A stretch of DNA of 20,228 bases, taken from the NCBI GenBank assembly GCA_041492755.1, contig JBGPXN010000079.1, positions 1-20,228 of the forward strand, read 5' to 3'. This stretch comes from Candidatus Methylomirabilia bacterium (lineage in GTDB: Bacteria > Methylomirabilota > Methylomirabilia > Rokubacteriales > CSP1-6). The translations under genes and the position numbers were made by a program. Within the stretch, counting starts at the first letter, position 1; every line of letters begins with the position of its first letter. Under the pieces are notes generated by a model. The model was given only the letters and a program-made list of their open reading frames with translations. It ran no database searches and was not told where the DNA came from. Below are positions 8,697-16,511 of the stretch, piece after piece.

Positions 8697-8719
8697 GCCT
8701 CATCGGAGGGGTCACCACC

Positions 8720-10351
8720 ATGAAAAGGACGCTTCGTCTGCGAGCGCAATGGGCTTTCGGGGCAGTCCTTGCCGTGGCGCTGCTGGTGGCGCCGGCGGGG
8801 GCGCAGGAGAAGCCGCGGTACGGCGGGGAGCTGGTGTTCGCGGTCCCGTCGGAGTCGCCGTCCTACGACGGCCACCGCGAGGAGACGTTCGGGCTCATCC
8901 ACCCCACCGCCCCGCACTACAACACGCTGCTCCGCATCGATCCCTTCGACAAGAGCGGGACCAAGGTCGTGCCCGATCTCGCGGAGTCGTGGACGATCTC
9001 GAAGGACGGCCGGACGTACACCTTCAAGGTGCGCTCCGGCGTCAAGTTCCACGACGGCAGCGAGCTGACCTCGCGCGACGTCAAGGCGTCCTACGACAAG
9101 ATCGTCTTCCCGCCGCCCGGCGTCGCCTCCCGGCGCAAGGGGGCGTACGCCAACGTCGAGGCCATCGAGGCGCCGAATCCCACCACGGTCGTCTTCCGGC
9201 TGAAGTGGCCCCAGGGCTCGTTCGTCTCGTCCCTGGCGTCGCCGTGGAACTGGATCTACAAGGCCGACATCCTGGCCAAGGACATGCGGTGGTACGAGAC
9301 GAACGTCATGGGCACCGGGCCCTTCCTGTTCGTCGAGCACGCGAAGGGCTCGCACTGGATCGGCAAGAAGAACCCCAACTACTGGGACAAGGGGAAGCCG
9401 TACCTCGACGGCTATCGCGCCATCTTCATCCGCGACTCGGCGGCCCAGGTGGCGGCGGTCCGTGCCGAGCGGGCCCACATCCAGTTCCGTGGCTTTTCGC
9501 CCGCCGAGCGCGACACGCTGGTCGCGGCGATGGGCAACAAGGTCACGGTTCAGGAGAGCGCCTGGGACTGCATGCTCTACGTCACGATAAACCACGAGAA
9601 GAAGCCGTTCGACGACAAGCGCGTGCGCCAGGCCTTGACCCTGGCCATCGACCGGCACCAGGGGTCTCAAGCGCTGTCGAAGATCGCGATCGTGAAGACC
9701 GTCGCCGGCGTCCAGGTGCCGGGCACGCCGTACGCGACGCCACCGGACGAGCTGGAGAAGCTCGCGGGGTACTCCCGCGACATCAAGAAGTCCCGCGCCG
9801 AGGCCCGGCGCCTCCTCCGCGAGGCCGGCGTGCCCGACGGGTTCGTGTTCACCTTCAAGAACCGCAGTGTGCCGATGCCGTACGAGCCGCTGGGCATCTG
9901 GCTGATCGACCAGTGGCGCCAGGTGGGGCTCAACGTCAAGCAGGAAGTGCTGGAGAGCGCGACCTGGTTCGCCGACCTCCGGAGCGGGAACTTCGAGCTC
10001 TCCATGGACGGCCAGTGCGGGTACATGGTGGAGCCCGACCTCGACCTCTACAAGTTCCTGAGCGGTCCCACCGCGGCCGACCCCAAGGCGCTCAACGACG
10101 CCAATTACTGGCGACAGAAGGATCCCGTCCTCGATGGGCTCTACGACAAGCAGCGGCAGGCCCACGACCCCGAGGAGCGGAAGAAGGTCATCCGTGAGTT
10201 CGAGCGGCGGCTGTTCGACGAGGAAGCGCACATCATTTCAACGCTCCAGTGGCACCGTGTCGTCCCGCACAGCTCGAAGGTGAAGGGCTGGACGATCACG
10301 CCCAGCCATTACCTCAACAACCAGCTCGATACAGTCTGGTTGACAGAGTAA
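8720..10351 (+). CDS. ABC transporter substrate-binding protein, family 5 (paralog 2)
   Basis: SD GGAGGG at 8705-8710; signal peptide ending AGA-Q; same family 5 motifs as paralog 1. Confidence 0.92.
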   Translation: MKRTLRLRAQWAFGAVLAVALLVAPAGAQEKPRYGGELVFAVPSESPSYDGHREETFGLIHPTAPHYNTLLRIDPFDKSGTKVVPDLAESWTISKDGRTYTFKVRSGVKFHDGSELTSRDVKASYDKIVFPPPGVASRRKGAYANVEAIEAPNPTTVVFRLKWPQGSFVSSLASPWNWIYKADILAKDMRWYETNVMGTGPFLFVEHAKGSHWIGKKNPNYWDKGKPYLDGYRAIFIRDSAAQVAAVRAERAHIQFRGFSPAERDTLVAAMGNKVTVQESAWDCMLYVTINHEKKPFDDKRVRQALTLAIDRHQGSQALSKIAIVKTVAGVQVPGTPYATPPDELEKLAGYSRDIKKSRAEARRLLREAGVPDGFVFTFKNRSVPMPYEPLGIWLIDQWRQVGLNVKQEVLESATWFADLRSGNFELSMDGQCGYMVEPDLDLYKFLSGPTAADPKALNDANYWRQKDPVLDGLYDKQRQAHDPEERKKVIREFERRLFDEEAHIISTLQWHRVVPHSSKVKGWTITPSHYLNNQLDTVWLTE

Positions 10352-10375
10352 CTCCCAAGAGGGGGGTAGCCGGGT

Positions 10376-11983
10376 ATGGTGAGGTCTCTTCCGCGTATGG
10401 CCTGGACGCCCCTGCTGCTTGCCGCCGTCGTGCTCGTCGCCAGTCCGGTGGCGGCCCAGGAGAAGCCGCGGTACGGGGGCGAGCTCGTGTTCGTCGTGCC
10501 CTCCGAGCTGCCGTCGTACGACGGTCACCGCGAAGGGACCTTCGGGGTGGTGCACCCGATGGCTCCCCACTACAACACCCTCCTCCGGGTCGACCCCAAC
10601 GACCGGACGGGGACGAAGATCGTGGCCGACCTGGCGGAGTCGTGGGCGGTCTCTCCCGATGGGCGGGTCTACACGCTGAAGCTCCGCCGGGGGGTCAAGT
10701 TCCACGACGGCGCCGAGATGACCTCGCGCGACGTCAAGGCCTCCTATGACAAGATCGTCTTCCCGCCGGAGGGCGTCGGGTCGCAGCGCAAGGGGCAGTA
10801 CACCAACGTCGAGGCGATCCAGGCGCCCGATCCCTCCACGATCGTCTTCCGACTCAAGTGGGCGCAGGGGTCGTTCCTGTCATTGCTGGCCTCGCCGTAT
10901 AGCTGGATCTACAAGGCCGACATCCTGGCCAAGGACGTCCGGTGGTACGAGAAGAACGTGATGGGCACCGGGCCCTTCCTCTTCGTGGAGCACGTCAAGG
11001 GCTCGCACTGGGTCGGCAAGAAGAATCCCAACTACTGGGACAAGGGCAAGCCCTACCTCGACGGCTATCGCGCCATCTTCATGAAGGACGCGGCGCCGCA
11101 GGTGGCGGCGCTGCGCGGGGAGCGCGCGCACATTCAGTTCCGGGGTTTCGCGCCGTCCGAGCGTGACAGCCTGGTGAGCGCGCTGGGCCGTAGGATCGTC
11201 GTGCAGGAGAGCCCGTGGGACTGCGCGGCCTGGGTCGTGATGAACCAGGACAAGAAGCCCTGGAACGACCGGCGCGTTCGGCGCGCGCTCACCCTCGCGC
11301 TGGACCGGCATCAGGCCTCCCAGGCCCTGTCGCGGATCGCCGTCGTGAAAGACGTGGCCGGCGTGCAGGTCCCGGGCACCCCCTACGCGACCCCGCCGGC
11401 GGAGCTGGAGAAGCTGGCGGGCTACAGCCGGGACATCAGGAAGTCGCGCGAGGAGGCCAGGCGGCTGCTGAGGGAGGCCGGTGTCCCCGACGGCTTCACC
11501 TTCACCTTCATGAACCGTGGGGTCCCGATGCCCTACGAGCCCGTCGGGGTCTGGCTCATCGATCAGTGGCGCCAGATCGGCCTCAACGCCACCCAGCAGG
11601 TGAACGAGTCCGCCAAGCACGTGGGAGAGCTGCGGGGCGGCAACTTCGAGGTGTCGATGGACGCGCAGTGCGGCTACGCCGTCGAGCCGGACCTCGACCT
11701 GCACAAGTTCCAGTCGACGGGGATCAGCCACAACAACTTCGGCCGGTACACGGACAAGGTGCTCGACGATCTCTACCAGAAGCAGAGTCGCGCCCTGGAC
11801 CCGGAAGAGCGCAAGAAGTACGTCCGGGAGTTCGAGCGCCGGCTGCTGGACGAGGAGGCGCACCAGTTCGTGACGCTGCAGTGGCATCGCATCGTCCCCC
11901 ACAGCGCCAAGGTCCGGGGCTGGACGATCACGCCCAGTCACTACCTCAACCAGCAGCTCGACGTCGTCTGGCTGGCGGAGTGA
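10376..11983 (+). CDS. ABC transporter substrate-binding protein, family 5 (paralog 3)
   Basis: Signal peptide ending VAA-Q; same family 5 motifs. ATG 10397 is an alternative start. Confidence 0.92.
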   Translation: MVRSLPRMAWTPLLLAAVVLVASPVAAQEKPRYGGELVFVVPSELPSYDGHREGTFGVVHPMAPHYNTLLRVDPNDRTGTKIVADLAESWAVSPDGRVYTLKLRRGVKFHDGAEMTSRDVKASYDKIVFPPEGVGSQRKGQYTNVEAIQAPDPSTIVFRLKWAQGSFLSLLASPYSWIYKADILAKDVRWYEKNVMGTGPFLFVEHVKGSHWVGKKNPNYWDKGKPYLDGYRAIFMKDAAPQVAALRGERAHIQFRGFAPSERDSLVSALGRRIVVQESPWDCAAWVVMNQDKKPWNDRRVRRALTLALDRHQASQALSRIAVVKDVAGVQVPGTPYATPPAELEKLAGYSRDIRKSREEARRLLREAGVPDGFTFTFMNRGVPMPYEPVGVWLIDQWRQIGLNATQQVNESAKHVGELRGGNFEVSMDAQCGYAVEPDLDLHKFQSTGISHNNFGRYTDKVLDDLYQKQSRALDPEERKKYVREFERRLLDEEAHQFVTLQWHRIVPHSAKVRGWTITPSHYLNQQLDVVWLAE

Positions 11984-11989
11984 CCGGGC

Positions 11990-12943
11990 GTGGGCAAGTA
12001 CATCGTCAAGCGCGTGCTGCTGATGGTCCCGACGCTGCTCGGGGTCGCCGTCCTCATCTTCTTCCTCATGCGGGTGGTGCCCGGCGACATCGTGGAGCTG
12101 CGCTTCGCGGGCGAGAGCGCCTTCGCCCAGAAAGAGAATCTCGACAAGGAGCGCGTCCGCCTCGGCCTGGACCAGCCGCTCTTGACGCAGTTCATCCGGT
12201 GGATGTCGGGCATCGTCCAGTTCGACTTCGGCACCTCGATGTGGACGGGCGCGCCCATCATCGAGGAGATCAAGCTGCGTTTCACGCTCAGCATGCAGCT
12301 CGCCATCATGGCCACGATCGTGGCCGTGGTGCTGGCCATCCCGCTGGGCGTGCTCGCCGCCATCAAGCAGGACACGTGGATCGACTACACGGTGCGGATC
12401 TTCTCGATCGCTGGGCTGGCCACGCCGTCGTTCTGGCTCGGTATCGTCTTCATCCTGCTGTTGCTCATCGTCTTCAAGTGGCTGCCCCCCATGGTCTACA
12501 CGCCGTTCTGGGTCAGTCCCGTCCAGAACCTGGCCCAGCTCATCTGGCCCGCGCTGGCCGTGGGGTACCGGTACTCGGCCGTGGCGACGCGAATGACGCG
12601 CTCGGCGATGCTGGAAGTGTTGCGGGAGGACTACATCCGGACGGCGCGCGCCAAGGGCCTCTGGCAAAACCTGATCCTGTCGCGTCACGCGCTCAAGAAC
12701 GCGATGCTGCCGGTCCTGACGGTGATCGCCCTCGAGTTCGCCTTCCTCATGGGCGGGCTCGTCGTCACCGAGCAGGTCTTCAACCTGAACGGGCTCGGCA
12801 TGCTGTTCGTCGAATCCGTCGCCCACCGTGACTACACGCTCACGCAGGCCCTCGTCATGCTGGTGGCCTTCATGTTCATCTTCGTCAACTTCCTGGTCGA
12901 CCTCGCGTACGCGTGGCTCGATCCACGTATCCGGTTCAGGTGA
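11990..12943 (+). CDS. oppB: ABC transporter permease (OppB/DppB-like)
   Basis: MGKYIVKRVLLMVPTLLGV, PGD, LGLDQP, GDFG-like FDFGTS, PSFWLG, EDYIRTARAKGL...HALKNA. Confidence 0.93.
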   Translation: MGKYIVKRVLLMVPTLLGVAVLIFFLMRVVPGDIVELRFAGESAFAQKENLDKERVRLGLDQPLLTQFIRWMSGIVQFDFGTSMWTGAPIIEEIKLRFTLSMQLAIMATIVAVVLAIPLGVLAAIKQDTWIDYTVRIFSIAGLATPSFWLGIVFILLLLIVFKWLPPMVYTPFWVSPVQNLAQLIWPALAVGYRYSAVATRMTRSAMLEVLREDYIRTARAKGLWQNLILSRHALKNAMLPVLTVIALEFAFLMGGLVVTEQVFNLNGLGMLFVESVAHRDYTLTQALVMLVAFMFIFVNFLVDLAYAWLDPRIRFR

Positions 12944-13854
12944 GCGCGATGGCCATTGGACGTCCCGCCGAAAGCATCGCCGAGATCCCGACCGCCGAGT
13001 CGACCGCCGCGCGCTGGTTCCGCATCGTCCGGCAGTTTTGCCGCCAGCGCCCGCTCGGCGCCATCGGCGCCGTGATCGTGCTGATCAACCTCGTGGTCGC
13101 CGTCGGCGCCAACGTGATGGCGCCGTACGATCCGCTCGCCACCGACTACGGGGCCATGCTGGCCGCACCGAACCGCGCGCACTGGCTCGGCACGGACGCC
13201 TTCGGGCGTGACGTGCTCTCGCGTTTGCTCTACGGCTCGCGCACGGCGATGCTCGTCGGCTTCGCGTGCGCGTTCTGGGGCGCGACGGTCGGCGCCGTGA
13301 TCGGCGTGGCCAGCGCCTACTTCGCCGGCAAGGTCGATCTGATCGTGCAGCGGGTGATGGACATCTTCCTGGCCTTCCCGCTGATCATCCTCGCGCTGGC
13401 CATCGTTTCCATCTTCGGCACCGGCATCGGCAACGTGATCCTCGCCATCACGATTCCGATGATCCCGCGCGCGGCCCTGGTGGCGCGCTCGAGCGCGCTG
13501 GCCATCCGCGAGATGCCGTACATCGACGCGGCGCGCGCCGCCGGCTTCCGGCACAAGCGCATCATCCTGCGGCACATGCTGCCCAACGTCATGGCCTCGT
13601 ACCTGATCATGCTGACGGCCTACCTGGGGCAGGCGATCCTGCTCGAGGCGTCGCTGTCGTTCCTCGGCCTGGGCGTGGCGGAGCCGACGGCGGCGTGGGG
13701 GCTGATGCTGCGTGGCGCGGCCGTCCAGTTCGCCGAATCCGCGCCGTGGATGGCCATCTTCCCTGGGCTCGCCATCAGCCTGGCCGTCTTCGCGTTCAAC
13801 CTGTTCGGCGATTCGCTCCGGGACGCGCTCGATCCGCGGCTGCGCACGCAATAG
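12940..13854 (+). CDS. oppC: ABC transporter permease (OppC/DppC-like)
   Basis: HWLGTDAFGRDVLSRLLYGSRT, YIDAARAAG...RHMLPN, EASLSFLGLG, GDSLRDALDPR. Start is GTG 12940 (GTGA overlap) or ATG 12949. Confidence 0.93.
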   Translation: MSAMAIGRPAESIAEIPTAESTAARWFRIVRQFCRQRPLGAIGAVIVLINLVVAVGANVMAPYDPLATDYGAMLAAPNRAHWLGTDAFGRDVLSRLLYGSRTAMLVGFACAFWGATVGAVIGVASAYFAGKVDLIVQRVMDIFLAFPLIILALAIVSIFGTGIGNVILAITIPMIPRAALVARSSALAIREMPYIDAARAAGFRHKRIILRHMLPNVMASYLIMLTAYLGQAILLEASLSFLGLGVAEPTAAWGLMLRGAAVQFAESAPWMAIFPGLAISLAVFAFNLFGDSLRDALDPRLRTQ

Positions 13855-13877
13855 GGCGTCGTAAGTCCCCGGTTTGC

Positions 13878-13906
13878 TTGACAGCCTGAATGGATTCGGT
13901 TACAAG
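13878..13906 (+). promoter_or_regulatory. Sigma70 promoter of the ferredoxin gene
   Basis: TTGACA (13878-13883), 17-nt spacer, TACAAG (13901-13906). SD GGGGAG before ATG 13967. Confidence 0.55.
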
Positions 13907-13966
13907 GATTAGCGGTCCGACCGCGAATCCCGACACACGATATCGCACCCGACAAGGGGGAGTTGA

Positions 13967-14233
<267 letters not shown>

Positions 14234-14262
14234 GTCGTCGCCGGCGGCGCTCATGAGCGATG

Positions 14263-14293
14263 AAGGGCCCGGCCGCCGGGCCCTTTGCTTTTT
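14263..14293 (+). terminator. Intrinsic terminator after the ferredoxin gene
   Basis: Stem aagggcccgg / ccgggccctt with a 3-nt loop, followed by tgcttttt. Confidence 0.8.
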
Positions 14294-14403
14294 GCACATC
14301 GATCGGGGCAGCACGCCCGTCGGGCTGGGCGCCGTGCGCGCGCGCGTCAGCGTCGCGTCACGGAAAATCCCACCGTTCGTGTCGGGGAGATCCCGCATCG
14401 CGT

Positions 14404-14420
14404 CTGGCACACCCGTTGCC
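14404..14420 (+). promoter_or_regulatory. Sigma54 (-24/-12) promoter
   Basis: cTGGCACacccgTTGCc is a near-perfect match to TGGCAC-N5-TTGC. Predicted +1 near 14431. Confidence 0.8.
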
Positions 14421-14433
14421 TTTTGCGCCGGGC

Positions 14434-14697
14434 ATGGACGTGCTCACCGGATCGTTGCCGCCCACCGCGCCCACGCCATCGACGGCGCCGCCGCCGGCAT
14501 TGGACAAGCCGGTCGGCTACCACGGCGCTGTCTCGCAGTTCAAGCGCCGGCTCATCGAAGCCACACTGCACCAGGTGCGCGGCAACCGGACGCACGCCGC
14601 GCGCGCGCTCGGGCTGCAGCGCACGTATCTGCTCCGCCTCATTCGCGACCTCGGCGTCGCCGCGCCGCCCGTCCCGCCCCGCCGCCGGGCCAGCTGA
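14434..14697 (+). CDS. Stand-alone Fis-type helix-turn-helix protein (HTH_8), 87 aa
   Basis: YHGAVSQFKRRLIEATLHQVRGNRTHAARALGLQRTYLLRLIRDLGV, preceded only by a Pro/Thr-rich linker. No AAA+ or receiver domain. Confidence 0.8.
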   Translation: MDVLTGSLPPTAPTPSTAPPPALDKPVGYHGAVSQFKRRLIEATLHQVRGNRTHAARALGLQRTYLLRLIRDLGVAAPPVPPRRRAS

Positions 14698-14781
14698 GCG
14701 GATCACCGCGGCCGCGCGCGGTCGAGCCGCCGCGCCCATCCGCGGAAAGGCCACCGCGCCGACGCGCGGCAGGGAATTCAA

Positions 14782-14878
14782 GGAGCGTGTGGGGGGAAAT
14801 TCGAGGAACGCCCCGGCTTCGCCGGCGCGCTCCGAGCGTGGGGGGGTATGGGGGGCCATTTCGGGGCCCCCCATGTAC
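14782..14878. repeat. G-rich REP-like intergenic element with two hairpins
   Basis: tatggggggcc-atttcgg-ggccccccatg (14847-14875), ccggc-ttc-gccgg (14813-14825) and a duplicated gagcgtg(t)gggggg. Confidence 0.55.
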
Positions 14879-14921
14879 TCATTGACGTGGAGGGCTCCGG
14901 CCGGCACTCTCACAATCTGGC

Positions 14922-16046
14922 ATGCGTGACGTCTGGATCGCGGGCGCGGGCATGACGCGGATCGGCCGCCGGCCGGAGTCGCTGCAAGACCTCATGGCCG
15001 AAGCGGCGCACGCCGCGCTGGCCGCGGCCGGCCGCGAGGCGCCCGACGCCATCGTGGTCGCCGTCATGAATCCGGAAGAGTTCGTGGGCGAAGGCAACTT
15101 CGCGTCGAACGTCGCGAGCCACATGGGCTTCGCCGAGGTCCCGGCGCTGCGGATCGAGACCGCCACGTCGTCGGGCGCGGCCGCGTTCTACGCGGGATTC
15201 GCCGAGATCGCGGCCGGCCTGCAGCCGACCGTGCTCGTCGTGGGCGGCGAGAAGATGACGCACCTGCCGACGCCGCGCGTGTCCGAGATCATCGGCCGGT
15301 CGATCGATCCCCACGAGCGCTCGTACGGCGCCACCATGCCCGCGCTGGCCGCGCTCGTCACGCGCGCGCTGCTCGCCCGACAGGGGGTCAGCCTCCGCGA
15401 GATCGCCCAGGTCCCGGTGAAGAACCACGCGAACGCGGTCCACAATCCCTATGCCCACTTCCGCGAGCCGGTGACGGTGGAGGCGGTGCTGGACAGCCGC
15501 ATGGTCGCCGATCCGCTGCGCCTGTTCCATTGCTGTCCGATCTCCGACGGCGCTGCCGCCGTCGTCCTCACCGCCGAGCGCACGCCCGTGCGCGTGGCCG
15601 GCGTGGGGCAGGGGATGGACACCCTCGCCATCCGGCACCGCCGCGAGCTCACCAGCTTTCGGGCGACCCAGGCCGCCGCGCGCCGGGCGTACGCGATGGC
15701 CGGCTTCGGCCCCGAGCGCGTCGACTTCGCCGAGCTGCACGACGCCTTCGCGCCGTTCGAGCTGATCGCGCTGGAAGACCTGGGCCTGGTGCCGGCCGGC
15801 AAGGCCGGACGCGTGACCCTGGGCGGTGACACGGCGCTGGACGGCCGGCTGCCCATCAACCCCTCGGGCGGCCTCAAGGCCCGCGGGCACCCGCTGGCCG
15901 CCACGGGGCTCGCGCAGATCGTCGAGTGCGTGTGGCAGCTCCAGGGCCAGGCGGAAGGCCGGCAGGTGGAGGGCCGCGTCGCGCTGGCCCACTCCATCGG
16001 CGGGCTGGCCACGAACAACTGGGTGGCGCTGCTCGAGAGCGCATGA
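14922..16046 (+). CDS. Thiolase-superfamily protein (SCP2/non-specific lipid-transfer type) lacking the nucleophilic Cys
   Basis: VVGGEKM, KNHANAVHNPYAHF, CCPISDGAAA, ELHDAF, INPSGGLKARGHPLAATG. RIETATSSG sits where the family has E-x-A-C-A-S-G. Confidence 0.88.
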   Translation: MRDVWIAGAGMTRIGRRPESLQDLMAEAAHAALAAAGREAPDAIVVAVMNPEEFVGEGNFASNVASHMGFAEVPALRIETATSSGAAAFYAGFAEIAAGLQPTVLVVGGEKMTHLPTPRVSEIIGRSIDPHERSYGATMPALAALVTRALLARQGVSLREIAQVPVKNHANAVHNPYAHFREPVTVEAVLDSRMVADPLRLFHCCPISDGAAAVVLTAERTPVRVAGVGQGMDTLAIRHRRELTSFRATQAAARRAYAMAGFGPERVDFAELHDAFAPFELIALEDLGLVPAGKAGRVTLGGDTALDGRLPINPSGGLKARGHPLAATGLAQIVECVWQLQGQAEGRQVEGRVALAHSIGGLATNNWVALLESA

Positions 16047-16082
16047 GCCTGTCCGAACCGCCATGCGTTCCCTGAACACGGC

Positions 16083-16511
16083 ATGATCGAGACCATCCAG
16101 GCTTCGCGCTGTCCGCGATGCCTGATGATCGCGGCGCCGCCGGCGCGGTTCTGCCCGCATCATCCGATCGCCATGGAGCCGCACACGCTGCCGGGAGTCG
16201 GCAAGATCATATCGTTCACCACGCTGCACGCAGCACCGGAGGGCTTCAGGTCGCCGCTGCACATCGCCATCGTCGAGCTCGACGGCGGGGCCCGCTTCGT
16301 CTGCCACGGACCCGCGACCGAGGGGGTACGCATCGGCTCCATCGTGGCCATCGAGGCCATCGACGACGTCTACTACTTCTCGCACCTGGGGACGCTCGAT
16401 CGCGCCCGTATCTTCTGGCGCCGCGCCGGTCGCGCCGGTGACCGCGTGGATGCCATCACCCGGAGCGTCGTGAAGCGTGTCTGGAAAGGACTGTCGCGTG
16501 CCGAGAATTAA
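16083..16511 (+). CDS. DUF35-family (Zn-ribbon + OB-fold) thiolase partner protein
   Basis: CPRC...PPARFCPHH, GKIISFTTLH..PEGF..P..IAIVELDGG; lies directly after the thiolase. Confidence 0.8.
   Translation: MIETIQASRCPRCLMIAAPPARFCPHHPIAMEPHTLPGVGKIISFTTLHAAPEGFRSPLHIAIVELDGGARFVCHGPATEGVRIGSIVAIEAIDDVYYFSHLGTLDRARIFWRRAGRAGDRVDAITRSVVKRVWKGLSRAEN

Noticed and set aside
2933..8719. N-terminal extensions of ORFs starting at 2340, 2933, 5170 and 8387 suggesting fusions
   Set aside because: Off-frame read-through of upstream genes; true starts are supported by stop/start overlaps, SD sequences or signal peptides.
9251..11083. Recent gene conversion between binding-protein paralogs 2 and 3
   Set aside because: The longest identical tract noticed is about 33 bp and synonymous differences are scattered through conserved blocks; protein constraint plus codon bias explains it.
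8749..12831. Long alternative-frame + strand ORFs (8749-10197, 11215-12831)
   Set aside because: Arg/Gly/Pro-rich off-frame translations overlapping real genes.
7140..13851. Long minus-strand ORFs (7140-8654, 8654-10231, 10880-12826, 12832-13851)
   Set aside because: Antisense shadows of well-supported + strand genes, expected with high GC3; no recognisable motifs.
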